64,000 nt of DNA from positions 124,001 through 188,000 of the forward strand of contig JAUCBJ010006695.1 in assembly GCA_032718475.1 (NCBI GenBank), given 5' to 3'. Position 1 is the stretch's first letter. Every line of letters starts with the position of its first letter. The notes under the pieces were generated by a model. The model was given only the letters and a program-made list of their open reading frames with translations, was not told the DNA's origin and made no database searches. Positions 38,724-52,042 of the stretch are shown piece by piece. This DNA is from Nemertoderma westbladi. Its lineage: Eukaryota; Animalia; Xenacoelomorpha. A program made the translations under genes and the position numbers.

Positions 38724-39080
38724 TATTTTATTTTAATAATTATATCACACTTTACGCTATTCAATTATAAGGCGATCCCATTTCATAAACATTAAGTATA
38801 ATAAGTAATAACAAAGCGAGTTCCATAAAGTAAATTGAATTTATTAATATTTTTGGTCCATTTTTGACTGTCATTTTCTTATAATAATTACAATTGGCAG
38901 TGGTATACCGTGAATTGTACTGCATAACTACATGTTGAGTCGTTCCCAGTCAACAATACTCAACTTTTTTTAATCCCAAGGACACTGCCCCGCCCCCATA
39001 CCGCTAGGTTGTTCTCACTCAACGGTGTACTGCTGCCCATTTGGTACACTGCGGTTTGCAGTTTCGTTGTCTACGAATAT

Positions 39081-40272
39081 TGTAAAAGCTTTTGTGGGAT
39101 AACTGATTCGTTTGCTTTGCTAACCAGTTCCCCCCAGTCGCTGAATACTCTAAAAAGGGATCTATAGCTAAAATAGTGCAAGCTACCAGCTTATTGGCTG
39201 AGGGGCTGTACGAAGGTATCTGGGTTCTGCTCGATCGGCCAACCAGCTTAGGGAGGTTGCCTCAGCCATGCTGTCCGTATCGGCCAATAGAATTTGAGTG
39301 GGCGTTGATTTTGACCTATCCCAGAGCTACTGAACTGAATTTCCTATCTGTATGCTCATCCTCTGTGTTGGACGGGAGCTTCGGGGAATAAGGGTAGTTG
39401 GTATCCTCGTATAGTCATGTAGTCACATGTTTCTGTTGTTGTGTTCCCATTTTTCGCCATAACACCGGCTTTTGGAACAACTCTAGCAAAAACTGCTTAG
39501 ATTATAGAAAGTATAACTGTTACCGGCGGTACTTACCAACTAATCGGCACACGGCACGGACTTTAATTACTAATCATATTGTTTGTACTGCTATTTACCA
39601 TCAGTTATTAATTGTATCGATTTGTTGATGAAATATTGTCATTTGGAGAATATTGATAAATCACCCAAATTTCCCAATTTTCTTGATACACTACAGGTTA
39701 GAGAGACAGGCTATATATAACAATTGCGATTTATATCAATGTGGTGTGTATTGAATCTAATGTTATTTAGTAGACACTACCTGAGTCAATTGCTGTTCTC
39801 TTTATGTGTGATCAAATATACTGACGGTCGGCAGAATAGTGTGCATGATTGTGAGTGTGACTGGTAACAAAGCATTTCCTAAAGAATGCGCCTTATACTT
39901 TAATCATAAGCCCTATCGTTGCGTTTAGTATAAGTCCTAGCTCTGTTTAAATAGATAGAGCGCCACGTCCTAAAGGAACTGTTAATATTTCCCGAAAGTT
40001 AATAATATCTGTCAGAAATTACATATTAGCGATCAATCGAATAATACAGTAGGTTTACACTGCAACCTTACACTGCAATAATAAAATCTAAGCATCCGAA
40101 TTCAGCCTCCCGGGTGTATCCATCGGGTGAATGATCGCGCATGGGCTGGCTTCGGCTAATGTTTTGTTTATTAGCATAAAAATATTGTCGTATGCTAAAG
40201 GTGTGTTAATTAACTAAAAGACATATAAATTTTGGCAGGTTAAACTGCTAAAGGTCTTCAAAAGCGCGAACA
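39081..40272 (+). repeat. 5' LTR of element B
   Basis: Direct repeat of 48872-50063. Two mismatches noticed. Confidence 0.97.
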
Positions 40273-40284
40273 GTAACAGTTATA
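40273..40284 (+). other. Non-tRNA primer-binding site GTAACAGTTATA, complementary to LTR 39512-39523
   Basis: Abuts the LTR end and has a perfect 12-nt complement, TATAACTGTTAC, in its own LTR. Confidence 0.75.
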
Positions 40285-42525
40285 AATCTTATTGCAGTAA
40301 GCAATAAGGTTGCAAAATACCGTAGTGACCGGTAAATCTGAACCGGTACTTCTGTAGGTCAGTAGGCCCAACTGCCAGAACCGGTACTGCTGTAGGTCCG
40401 TAGGTCCAACTGCCAGAACCGGTACTTCTGTAGGTCTGTAGGCCCAACTGTCCTAACCGGTACTGCTGTATCAGTACATTAGTATTATTCGAATTTGATT
40501 AGTGTATACCGGTAGGTCTTAGTACTTAATCAGGGACTGCAGCCCTGAATTTTTATTGAGATTCTACTTATTTCTGTCGGTTTTATTTACTAGTAGGCTA
40601 ATATTGAGCAGAAGGCGTGTGACCCTGCTCAGATTGTTCAGATAATTGTAGGCTGAGCTGCTGTCTGACTGTTGTTGGGTTTGGAGAGATTACGGCGTGT
40701 GTAGAGTTTGTCTGATAAAGTGCCGTTAGTAAGTTGGGGCAGCCATATGCTGTAAGGTCAATCCCCTCTTAAAGAATAAGTCGTACTACCGTGTTAGAAC
40801 GCATACTAACTAACTATTTCAGAATCTGCATATACTGTAGTTTATTTAGGCTTGATCGTAGTCTGCCAGCGTTTTAGCCTGTGTTTGTTTGTGTGGTCTG
40901 TTCAGGTACCGTAATAGTTATTACTCAGATATTTTGTAGGCTGGATTGTTGTCTAGCTATTATTAGGTCTGAAGAGATTGCTGTGTGTGTGGAGTTTGTC
41001 TGATAAAGTGCTGTTAGTAAGTTGGGGCAGCCATATGCTGTAAGGTCAATCCCCTCTTAAAGAATAAGTCGTACTACCGTGTTAGAACGCATACTAACTA
41101 ACCATTTCAGAATCTACACGTACGGTAGTTTATTTAGGCTTGGTGGTAGTCTGCCAGCGTTTAGTTTGTATTTGTTTGAGTATTCTGTATGGGTAGCGTA
41201 ATATTTATTATTCAGAGTTTATGCGATTATTCGCAACATTCATGTCCCCAAGTTTATTCCTACAGTAATTGTGCTTGTTATACATACCGTTATAGTTAAA
41301 TTAACCCCGGTACTACACGGGCTGCTTGGCGTAGGACAAGACTGGTGACTTTGTGCTCTGGTCACTCCAGCAGATGCCGTGGTTCTTTTAACTGTTCAAG
41401 TATATTTAACTACTGATTATTTGTTGTACCGGTACTTGTACCTAATTTAGGGTTTAGTGTACAGTGCTTTCCGAAGTAATTAGTGTGTAGGCAGTATATT
41501 TGTGTTGTAAAGTGGTTGATAGGCACATTCGTTAGCTCTATTAACTTCTGGGTAGGAACACTCCGTGATACATAACGTAGTACCTATAGCGATACGGTTA
41601 TAGGTCGTCAGGCGGTGGTATTTTCCTATCTGGACAGTGCAATATATTTACTGCTACTTATTATTTCAAATACCGTAGTACCCTGTCCGTTGTAATAACC
41701 AGAAATCTAACCCTTTGTTAGGCTGGTTTGTAGACTTCCTGTAAAATTACCCTAAAAATTTCGTACGTAATATTTTTGTTGTGTTTTAATTAGAGAATTA
41801 ATCTCACCCGTATCGTAAGTAATTTGTAGTATTAAGTAACTTAGGTAAATTAGAATTATCTGTTTTAGTGTCAAATAAGTAGCACTTCACTGAGAGCGCA
41901 CAGCTTTTGTGTAGTGATTACTTCCCAGAAATAATAACATTTATTTCAAATATTGACAAAACCCATTTTAAACGGGTATATAAATATTATAAATCAACTC
42001 AAACGATTTATAAATAGTAGGCCTGCCATACAACAACTAGGTCTCCATATCAGTTGGACTACTGCTTAAATAACGGTAATAAAGTAAGTAAAGTAACCAA
42101 GTAACCCTAACATTCAGAAATTCAATTATTTTAAAATAATTGACATACCGGTATTTACAATAGGCTTATTATATTTATTCGATAAATTTAGGCTGAAATC
42201 ATACCGGTACTCTGTAATTAATTCTAGTCCAGAATTATACTTATATACTATAAGTGTAAGCTGCATACCGGTATTCACGATAGGCCTATTATATATTTAT
42301 ATATATTTGTGCTAAAATTATATACCGGTACTCTGTGACAAATCTAGTCTGTAATAATACTTATATATATACTATAAGCATACCGGTATTCTAATATATT
42401 GTATATATATCACGTTACACCGAGTAACGGTATCGGTAATTAATCGCTAGGCTTGCAGTGATACTGAATTACTAGACTTGCTTTAACTGTAATATAGCAG
42501 TAGGCATTCAACTGTACAAACAAAA

Positions 42526-45500
42526 ATGTCTGACACAAAACGGGCACTGTCAGATAGTCTTTTGGAAGGTGTTAGAATGAGTCTTAGACTTGGACAGGGT
42601 CTTGAAAGGAAGATGGCAGAGGCAATGGCAACAGCAGAAGCGAAAAGAAAGGCGGCAGAGGCAATGGCAACAGCAGAAGCGGAAAGAAAGGCGGCAGAGA
42701 CAATGGCAACAGCAGAAGCGGAAAGAAAGGCGGCAGAGGCAATGGCAACAGTAGAAGCGGAAAGAAAGATAGAGACACCTGTACTCCCAGAACCTGCCTA
42801 TAAATTCCCTTTGTACAGTACTAAACTACCTGTGCCCAGTAGGACTGTTCCCGAGTCCGAACCCGTCCTGGACGCCGAGCGAGATATCAAGAATTTATCG
42901 CCCGTCGTCTCTCGCTCGCCCGCTACTACGTTGGCGACTCCCGCTTCGGCGGTTGAGTGGGTAGCTGAGGGACGACGGGAGATGGGTCTCCTTCTCGAGC
43001 AGCTGAGGGAACACTGTTTGTGCTCCTCTCAGCAGGTCCGGGAAATGGAAGAGACTGTCCAGCAGCTCAAGGGAACAGTAAGGGAAAGTAGGTTAGAGTT
43101 GCAAAAGGTGCAGCAAAGTATCGCGTTAGAACGCGATAAATTAGTCAATTTACAAAAGGGTATACCACCACCCCCTGTAACAATGTGTCAACCCGTTAGG
43201 TCTGAAGTATCTCATGCGCAAGGTGTGGAGCCTACACGCATCTATACTGCTAGTGAAGTAGAAACTCCTATAGTAAACCCTATTCAGGGTGATTATAAAC
43301 CTGTTGATAATAATATTCCATATAGACCTGATCATAATCCGAGAAATTTATATACCGATAATTCTATATTCAATAATACGATGGCTCAAGAAAGTTTTAC
43401 GCGTCAAATGGCTAGAACCGAAGCCCGTCAAGCGGTAAGGGTTGGAGAGATCGTCAAGTTCAATGGAGATGAGATGAAATGGTTACCTTTTAATGAATAT
43501 TACAAAGATAACATACAGAATTCTGTGCTATCTAACGGAGAGAAACTCAGATACCTCATTGAATGCTTGGAAGGACCTCCCAAGTTAATGGCATTAAAGT
43601 TTATTGGACATCCAGATGGATTAAGACAAGTTTGGGATACATTAAACATCAGGTATGGTAACAAGGATAACATAGCTAAGTATTTGTATGCAAAATTAGT
43701 AGCCCCCCGACACTTCCTTAGTAGCGGGATTATAGAGTTTTCCGATGAGATTCAAGAGATCTGTAGACAACTGGACTGGTTAGGTAAGTCGCATGAATAT
43801 CAGAGTTCCATGGTCATTGGAGCCGTAGTCTCTACTTTACCAAAGGGTGGAGTATGTACGCGCTGGGACAAGAAAGTGTTGTACATGAATGAACAACAAC
43901 GACGAAGTCCTACCATGGCTGATCTCATGTCCTTCTTAGATAGTGAAGTAAAATTACAACTCATAAGGCAGTCCAGAGAGAAAACATCGGAAAATAAGGT
44001 AAGTGAGAAACCCGTTTCTAGGAGAAAGATAATACCAGTGTGTTATACTGACGACGGCGAAAGCCAAGCTTCTCAAGAAGAGGACAGCGGGAAAGACACA
44101 GCAAAATCTTACTATGACAACAAGACCTATAAAGACGTAAGTAAATACAAGTCTCGAACCAGTGACAGGAGAGAACAGGTAACAACAACTCCTCCTACGT
44201 CTCCTAAGAGAATTCACGGAAGAAAGCCCGAAGAAAGAACGAGAGTGCAGAACGTTAACCAAGTTAAGGTGAGTAACATCAAACCAAAATGTGCGCTGTG
44301 CGACGGGCCCCACCGTTTGAGTGCGTGTGCTGAATTTCTAAAGAAATCCCTTGTAGACAGACGTACAGTCCTGTGGAATAAGCGGTTATGCTATAATTGC
44401 CTCAGATCAGGACACCAACGGCGAACCTGTTACTCCGACATAAAGTGTGCAAAGTGTGGCGCGAAACATCACATCTTGTTACACAGTGAGTTCGAACGAG
44501 ACAAACTGAGTCAGGTAAGTGAGCCCGAACTACATGTCCAATTCAGTGATGTAAACGACACTGATCAAGAATCTGAGATGGAAGGATTCTATACTGATGA
44601 ATTCTCCGACGCCAACGAATCCTGTTATCTAATCAATACCGCAGTGTATCGAGCACTTACTCATGAAAAGGACACCAACAATGAGTTTCCCCCAACTACT
44701 TTTGCCAAACAACCATCTTGGAAAGCTCCAACTTCCAACGTAGGAATCAGAGAATTTCCTGTAGTGCAGGTAAGAGTTCACGGTCTTAACAAAAGTTACA
44801 TAGTGAACGCCCTCCTTGACTCCGGCAGCACAGGAACATTCATCGATCAAGAACTAGCCGAAGATATCTTTGCTGGACAACCCAAGTTCCGGACTAAATT
44901 GAATATGTCAGGAATTATGCAGGTTTGGAAATCTACCCTAACGGCAGACTACTATGTAGGTGTGTTGTCCACCCCCCAGGATAAATTAGGAGCACAAGGT
45001 ATAAGGTCGGTAAAAATGGTGGCTATAAAGAACTTCGCTACTACCCAAGCAGACCTTTATAATTGGGACGAGGATGAGAGCATCCAACATCTTAAGATAC
45101 CTCGATCCCAGACAGATTATCCTGGAGTGCAAATACTCATCGGCCAAAACGCGCATGAGGCGCTCGAGACATTGGAGAAACGGCCTGCTCAACCGCAGCC
45201 ACTACAAACCTATGCGGTAAGAACTAGAGTAGGTTGGTACTTCACTGGCCCTTCCCGTAGAACTCTCAAAGAGAGATTACCTCAACAACAGGTATACCAA
45301 GTAAAGGGGGAAGTGGAGAGCAGTGATGTGGACGATCCAACTGAGGGAACACCATACTCCTCAGATAATGACGATATTAACTCCAATGTAGATCAATGGA
45401 GACATTGCCTTGGGACGATTAATCCAGCCGACATCGATTCCAGAGGAGCAACTCCTCAAGAACTGATAGATACTCCAGGCTGGTTAGGTGGATCCGACTC

Positions 45501-45720
45501 CTTAAGTAAAGAAGAAGAAGAATGGCCTCCTCATCTTACCACGGCAGAAATTAGACAGGCCAAGGGAGCGGAGAAAGTAACACAACAACTCAATCGCCCA
45601 GCTAGTCGTTTATGTTTACTGGAAAGAGACCGAAAACTGTCCGGAAACTATGGAAGGCAAGATACTCTTCCTACGGCCGCTTCCCTGGTCCGACGAATGT
45701 CTGGGGACTCCATAACGTAA
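42526..45720 (+). CDS. Gag-protease ORF of element B (RT, most of RNase H and integrase deleted in frame), 1064 aa
   Basis: Near-identical to gag-PR of A, with ALLDSGS intact. Fused to DQWRHC..NPAD and to the natural pol C-terminus. Confidence 0.88.
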   Translation: MSDTKRALSDSLLEGVRMSLRLGQGLERKMAEAMATAEAKRKAAEAMATAEAERKAAETMATAEAERKAAEAMATVEAERKIETPVLPEPAYKFPLYSTKLPVPSRTVPESEPVLDAERDIKNLSPVVSRSPATTLATPASAVEWVAEGRREMGLLLEQLREHCLCSSQQVREMEETVQQLKGTVRESRLELQKVQQSIALERDKLVNLQKGIPPPPVTMCQPVRSEVSHAQGVEPTRIYTASEVETPIVNPIQGDYKPVDNNIPYRPDHNPRNLYTDNSIFNNTMAQESFTRQMARTEARQAVRVGEIVKFNGDEMKWLPFNEYYKDNIQNSVLSNGEKLRYLIECLEGPPKLMALKFIGHPDGLRQVWDTLNIRYGNKDNIAKYLYAKLVAPRHFLSSGIIEFSDEIQEICRQLDWLGKSHEYQSSMVIGAVVSTLPKGGVCTRWDKKVLYMNEQQRRSPTMADLMSFLDSEVKLQLIRQSREKTSENKVSEKPVSRRKIIPVCYTDDGESQASQEEDSGKDTAKSYYDNKTYKDVSKYKSRTSDRREQVTTTPPTSPKRIHGRKPEERTRVQNVNQVKVSNIKPKCALCDGPHRLSACAEFLKKSLVDRRTVLWNKRLCYNCLRSGHQRRTCYSDIKCAKCGAKHHILLHSEFERDKLSQVSEPELHVQFSDVNDTDQESEMEGFYTDEFSDANESCYLINTAVYRALTHEKDTNNEFPPTTFAKQPSWKAPTSNVGIREFPVVQVRVHGLNKSYIVNALLDSGSTGTFIDQELAEDIFAGQPKFRTKLNMSGIMQVWKSTLTADYYVGVLSTPQDKLGAQGIRSVKMVAIKNFATTQADLYNWDEDESIQHLKIPRSQTDYPGVQILIGQNAHEALETLEKRPAQPQPLQTYAVRTRVGWYFTGPSRRTLKERLPQQQVYQVKGEVESSDVDDPTEGTPYSSDNDDINSNVDQWRHCLGTINPADIDSRGATPQELIDTPGWLGGSDSLSKEEEEWPPHLTTAEIRQAKGAEKVTQQLNRPASRLCLLERDRKLSGNYGRQDTLPTAASLVRRMSGDSIT

Positions 45721-47345
45721 TAACATATGGAGTGGGTGTGTGACTATATCATTTTATATTTGTTTTTTATTTTATATTTATGTATGTATTATTACGTAAT
45801 TTTATTATAATCGTTTTCTTTAATTTTATTTAGTAGAATGTTATTTTAGCGATTATTTAGTAGATTAGTGCAATATATTAGTGTTTATTACGTAAGTAAT
45901 TACTTATAATATATATTTAGTGCGACGGCGAGAAATAATTCTTTTTCTCTTTCCTTACTGTCCGTATCATATTATAAATACGTGACTACAGTAAGATGAC
46001 ATGTCAGTACTTATTAAAGTACAATAAAGCCACTACTATATTCAAGTATTATTGGTAGGCAGAGTATTAGGAATGCAAAGTTCAGATCCTCGTGTCTCGG
46101 CTAAACCAAGCTCTGGGTAGACCTTGGAAACGACTTGCCTCTTCACACTGACATTGCTTCGTGCGATATTGCTCTTCTACCTTATAACAAATAATACATA
46201 TAGTAGCGTGATGTCCCTCTAACAGTAGCGTAAAACGCAAATAAATCTGTTAAATCTTTTGACCATCTGTAATTCTAGTCGATTAAGATATCGTGGCACC
46301 CACCGATATACTTGAAAGACAAATTCTAGAATCAGTGGTTAACGTCCCCAGACAAGTTCTGGAATAAATCGGTGCCCATCTTAAATATTAATTTAATATT
46401 TATTAAAATCTGTAAATTTCAGATCCTTTAAAATTTCTAGTCAATTAAGATATCGCAGCACTTACCGATACTCTTAGAAGGACTATTTTATAGAATTAAG
46501 GATCCTAAGTCCCCAGATATGCTCTGGAATAAAATTTGTGTCAATTTAACATCAAATAATAAAATTCACGGGAATAAATTTAAATTCATATTCAAATGAA
46601 TTTCATAAATTGTCATTTTGTGCAATTTATAACATTCCCAAAATTCCAGTAATTAATAGATCATGGGAGCGGAGATTCATATTGAGTGTACTAGAGTGCG
46701 AGAATCTCCAACATATAGTCAATAGCCGATAAAATTTATAAAATCATGCATAAAGAGGATATTGACAATTAAAGAATTACTATTAAATAGCATCCCAGAT
46801 CTGTATGCATGAGAATTACCCTAATTCTACCGCTAGTTTTCCATAATGTCACCATGGCAACACCCACGCTAGAATTAGAAGCAAGTTAAAGGAACAATAA
46901 AAAGCTTGCCCCATTGCGTAGCATAAGAGTATACATAGCGCACTATTAGTATCCAAGGATACATAGTAATAACGTGACATTCTGGAAGACACTGACTAAC
47001 GGACAAATGGCCTGCATGTGTGCAGTAAGTAATGATTGTATGGAATTTGTGCGTTTATAGGTGAATGTTACTACTAAAGTGTGTTTACAGTAGCTAATCG
47101 CAATTGTAAAGTAGCCCTAACTCTACCGAGATAACCTCAAGTGGATTCAAGCCTTTGGGACGGACAGTGGTGGGACTTGTGCCGGTTATTGTTGTCGTGC
47201 TGTTGCTACATGTTGGCGTAAACACCGCGACAACGGTACATCGGCGCTGAGAAACCCACTGTCCGGGGGCAAAGACTAGTAGGCAGCGACGCCCACTTGC
47301 CTAAATATTGACTCATACTAATATTAATAAACTCAGATAGCAGAT

Positions 47346-48793
47346 ATGACGGAATTAATAGAAGATGATCTTGGTATCAGGGAACGATATACTCTACCTT
47401 TACAAGCATTTGTGGATAGCTTGATACGCGGTGAAGCCGATCCAACCATTACGGAGGACGATGGTCGTTATATCGAACCGCCGATGTCCCAAGAGCAACT
47501 TACGCGTGAATTGGACTATCGAAAATTAACCGCTCGCTATACGCATCGTAATGGTACGTATATGGACTTCCTAACTACCGGCCATCCTATCGATTTACAT
47601 GATACGGACGATGTATACCCCGAAAGGGAAATGGTTCTATTTAAATATCATACCCAGCGGAGTCGTAACGATAAACCGAGAATAGATCACGAAAATTATA
47701 TTCGTAACAGACTGGGAAGACGAACCAATATGCCTAGAATCTGAGGAGATTCAGCCTTTCGCGCCCGGAACAACGACAACGATTACCTCCTTGAATGGTA
47801 TCAAGGTCCACAGTGTCTCACTGCGTACGATTATCGCCATGCCAACTATGTTTCTCGGCAACGTTGTCGGTTATGCGCATCGAGAGACCATGTTACGCCC
47901 ATGGACACAAACGTCCGCTGTTCCTATTTCCACGAACAACCGACGATGGAAATTTATTGCGCGTATTACCGACTCAATAACTTGCACATTTTTGCGGTTT
48001 GCCCTCAATTTATGACTCAATGTCACCATTGTCAACTAAAGGGACGCGCCAGTTTCGATTGCCCTTTTTAGTCACGATTTGGAAAGCGTAGATGAAATGA
48101 TCACACTACGTTACATCAGAGCTTGGGAAGCGAACGCTGATTTACATTGTGATTCGCGCCATCGTTATTATCCTGGACGCGCTTACGAAGGAGTTTATGC
48201 GTTCCATCCTTATCTATTCGCTTCTGTCGAACAGAAATCACGCATATCGAGTTACGAACTACTGAAGCGCGTCGGAGAATGTATTTCAACCAAATTCGTA
48301 CGCAAATTTCTCAGGAGGGTTAATCCTAGCAACCTTCATTCCTATAACTTATCAGTTATATCCGTCAGGACCCGGACTATGGAGACTTATTTGTTAACTC
48401 ATACCCCGAGTTACAGGAAGTATATCGACGGCCTTACGAATACCGAGCCCGCGAACGCGAGTTGGAAAGGACCATTAAACCCCGGAGGTTTCTAGCGGCC
48501 TATGGTCCACCCACGGCCCTCGTTCAGACCACTCGTAAAGGACCCGTAAGAGCGGCTGTCTTAAAACGAGCTCTCAAAGCCGTTAGACCCCTCTCCCCGA
48601 CGTTGATATCAATCAACCCGGTACTTCGACTGGCGGATACACCGACCATAATCCTACACCCTCTGATGCAATCATATTGCACCCTTCACCCAGGAGTTAT
48701 AGCCCTCCTTGTAAAGTGGCTCGCCCCAAAGAGAAAAAGACTCTGGCTAGCTTTAAAAAACTGCGTAAACGCCGTCCGCGTAAGAAAGATTAA
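47346..48793 (+). pseudogene. Deleted and frameshifted ORF3 of element B
   Basis: The N-terminal ~125 aa and the C-terminal knuckle region match A ORF3. The central part, including the exonuclease domain, is missing (junction near 47715). Frameshifts and a stop follow. Confidence 0.9.
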
Positions 48794-48871
48794 CTGTTTA
48801 GAGTATTTACGTATATTAGAAACTGTGATTTTGTATATTTTATAGACTTAAATCCCATTTTCTGGGAGCGG

Positions 48872-50063
48872 TGTAAAAGCTTTTGTGGGATAACTGATTC
48901 GTTTGCTTTGCTAACCAGTTCCCCCCAGTCGCTGAATACTCTAAAAAGGGATCTATAGCTAAAATAGTGCAAGCTACCAGCTTATTGGCTGAGGGGCTGT
49001 ACGAAGGTATCTGGGTTCTGCTCGATCGGCCAACCAGCTTAGGGAGGTTGCCTCAGCCATGTTGTCCGTATCGGCCAATAGAATTTGAGTGGGCGTTGAT
49101 TTTGACCTATCCCAGAGCTACTGAACTGAATTTCCTATCTGTATGCTCATCCTCTGTGTTGGACGGGAGCTTCGGGGAATAAGGGTAGTTGGTATCCTCG
49201 TATAGTCATGTAGTCACATGTTTCTGTTGTTGTGTTCCCATTTTTCGCCATAACACCGGCTTTTGGAACAACTCTAGCAAAAACTGCTTAGATTATAGAA
49301 AGTATAACTGTTACCGGCGGTACTTACCAACTAATCGGCACACGGCACGGACTTTAATTACTAATCATATTGTTTGTACTGCTATTTACCGTCAGTTATT
49401 AATTGTATCGATTTGTTGATGAAATATTGTCATTTGGAGAATATTGATAAATCACCCAAATTTCCCAATTTTCTTGATACACTACAGGTTAGAGAGACAG
49501 GCTATATATAACAATTGCGATTTATATCAATGTGGTGTGTATTGAATCTAATGTTATTTAGTAGACACTACCTGAGTCAATTGCTGTTCTCTTTATGTGT
49601 GATCAAATATACTGACGGTCGGCAGAATAGTGTGCATGATTGTGAGTGTGACTGGTAACAAAGCATTTCCTAAAGAATGCGCCTTATACTTTAATCATAA
49701 GCCCTATCGTTGCGTTTAGTATAAGTCCTAGCTCTGTTTAAATAGATAGAGCGCCACGTCCTAAAGGAACTGTTAATATTTCCCGAAAGTTAATAATATC
49801 TGTCAGAAATTACATATTAGCGATCAATCGAATAATACAGTAGGTTTACACTGCAACCTTACACTGCAATAATAAAATCTAAGCATCCGAATTCAGCCTC
49901 CCGGGTGTATCCATCGGGTGAATGATCGCGCATGGGCTGGCTTCGGCTAATGTTTTGTTTATTAGCATAAAAATATTGTCGTATGCTAAAGGTGTGTTAA
50001 TTAACTAAAAGACATATAAATTTTGGCAGGTTAAACTGCTAAAGGTCTTCAAAAGCGCGAACA
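48872..50063 (+). repeat. 3' LTR of element B
   Basis: Direct repeat of 39081-40272, preceded by GGGAGCGG. Confidence 0.97.
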
Positions 50064-52042
50064 AATATACCATTAAGGATAGTGGGGACTTTCTACGCAA
50101 TCAAAATTAATCTCTGTCAAGGGGAATATCGATTCCAACAGCTGATTTCTCCAGTAATATAACTGTACCTTGTTCTATTATTTAGGTGAGACTAACCTGC
50201 CACTGTGATCTGTTCCTTTCCCTTAATTAATATTTTAACATTGGGTAGAGATATTAATTTGCTGACCTGCGCTTTTGGGTCAACACGGAAAGGTTCTCAG
50301 GCCACTGGGTCTCAGGACTCTCAGGGTCACTGACCACCATATTATAACATGAAATATTCCTTTTTACGTTATGTAAGAATACACGTTCCCACTTTTATAT
50401 TTATTTCATAAAAACAATAATAATGGTCATATAATACTATTATTGTAATAACACATCCTTGTCTTGTGTTATTAGTTTTGCAAATAAAATGCTTCTGGCA
50501 AGGCTTCTGGCAAGCTATTCTATATGAAAAATACTGGCTCAAGCCCTGCAGAAAAATACATTTACTGACATTATAACAGACAATGGTAACTCAAATTATG
50601 GGTTTAGCGCATCCGTCAAACTAGATAATGTTTAGAATAAGTAGAGTGTATCTATTAATTTCTGCCAACTAGGGCCATCGTCAGGATAAACAATATCAGA
50701 CTGAATGATAAAAAAAATTACACATAATATTGGCGAGGGCTATATAATTTATGACAATGGCGTACTGTAGCAGGATTCGGTAGAACGCTTTCGGTGGATG
50801 TTCCTAGCACATCTGTCTTAGCTTAGCACATAGCCTCGCCCAACCAAACATTTGTTGCTTCCTCAACTTCCGGTGCGGCAGTTGACCTAGAAGGCTCCTC
50901 AACGATAACACCTCATCCCTAGAAATGGCGGACTACAACACAACCAGTAACTCACCAACCTTAATTGAATAGCAAACTCCACTATATAACACACGGTTCG
51001 AAGGACCATGTCCTTGCTAAAACATTCAAGACATTGTGGGGTGTGAAATTGGAAATTAGGATTCAATGTTGGGGTGGAAACCTAAGGGTGATGATAATAA
51101 AGCCACACTGTATGGGATGTCGGGGACGTGGGGACTACAGAGCCAATAGCGTGAGGCCAATAGCTGACAATGTGACTGAGTTGTAAAATATTTTGAAAAT
51201 GTTGTACAGTATGATGCTTCAGTAATATAAAGTTATAAAATACGGCCGTATATTTACTTACTTGATTATGGTTTACCATAATAGGGTTGGTGCGCGAAAA
51301 ATTTTGGGATAGAAACAATTGAAGAAGGGGTTAAGGAAGGTGCCCTGATTCCAGTGGCGGCGTATGTTTTTGTAAAAACACGAGGAATTGGTCGAAATGG
51401 CTGGTTTACTTGCTCCTTTGTGGAGGGGGATTTTCGATCCATTCAAATATACATTCAATTTCAATCATTTTACACATATGGGTTATATCAATTTATATCG
51501 GCGAGTCTTGCGCGTCTTTTGACACCTAAATTAATCAAATTCATGCTGTTGAAAATTGATAAAATGCTGTTCACAATTGCAAACTCGGCAGATTGCCTGA
51601 CCTGTATGCAAGCTCTCAGCCCTATTAGCCTATTGCAGTATCTGAGTATTAGTATTGCAGCTTTCTTCATTAAGTTGGGTTTACCGGTGACCGGTACACA
51701 ATTTAGAATAACATTTTATACTATAAAATGTTATTATAAATTGTGTACCGGTCACCGGTAAACCCAACAATATTATTTAGTATTTATAGTAGCTACCAAT
51801 TAATATACAGTACAGTAGTAGCGTTGTAACAGTAAAATAGACCCCCCCTCCCCGGAAAATGTGCCCGGGGGCTTTTTTCCTATGAAAAAATGCCCCCCCC
51901 CGGGCAAATTCTCATAGGAATAAATGTCCCCCGTAGGAAATTATGCACCCCACCCTCCCCCCCCCCCCCTTAATTAAACTATTTTATTGAAGACTGTCTC
52001 ACTCTAGAAAGAGACACAATACCAACACCAACCTCCGAAGGT

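Larger units (their letters stand above)
39081..50063 (+). mobile_element. Internally deleted, non-autonomous BEL/Pao LTR retrotransposon B (11.0 kb), a relative of A
   Basis: 1192-bp TG...CA LTRs and an AATAT TSD (39076-39080, 50064-50068). The internal sequence is collinear with A. Confidence 0.97.

Noticed and set aside
39176-39628. Short ORFs inside the LTRs (also 16457-16675)
   Set aside because: They are repeated only because the LTRs are duplicated, are not conserved between A and B, and have no motifs.
44048-44066. CTGACGA..GAAA hammerhead-like word inside gag
   Set aside because: There is no room for stem II and no stems I or III. It is coding sequence (YTDDGES).
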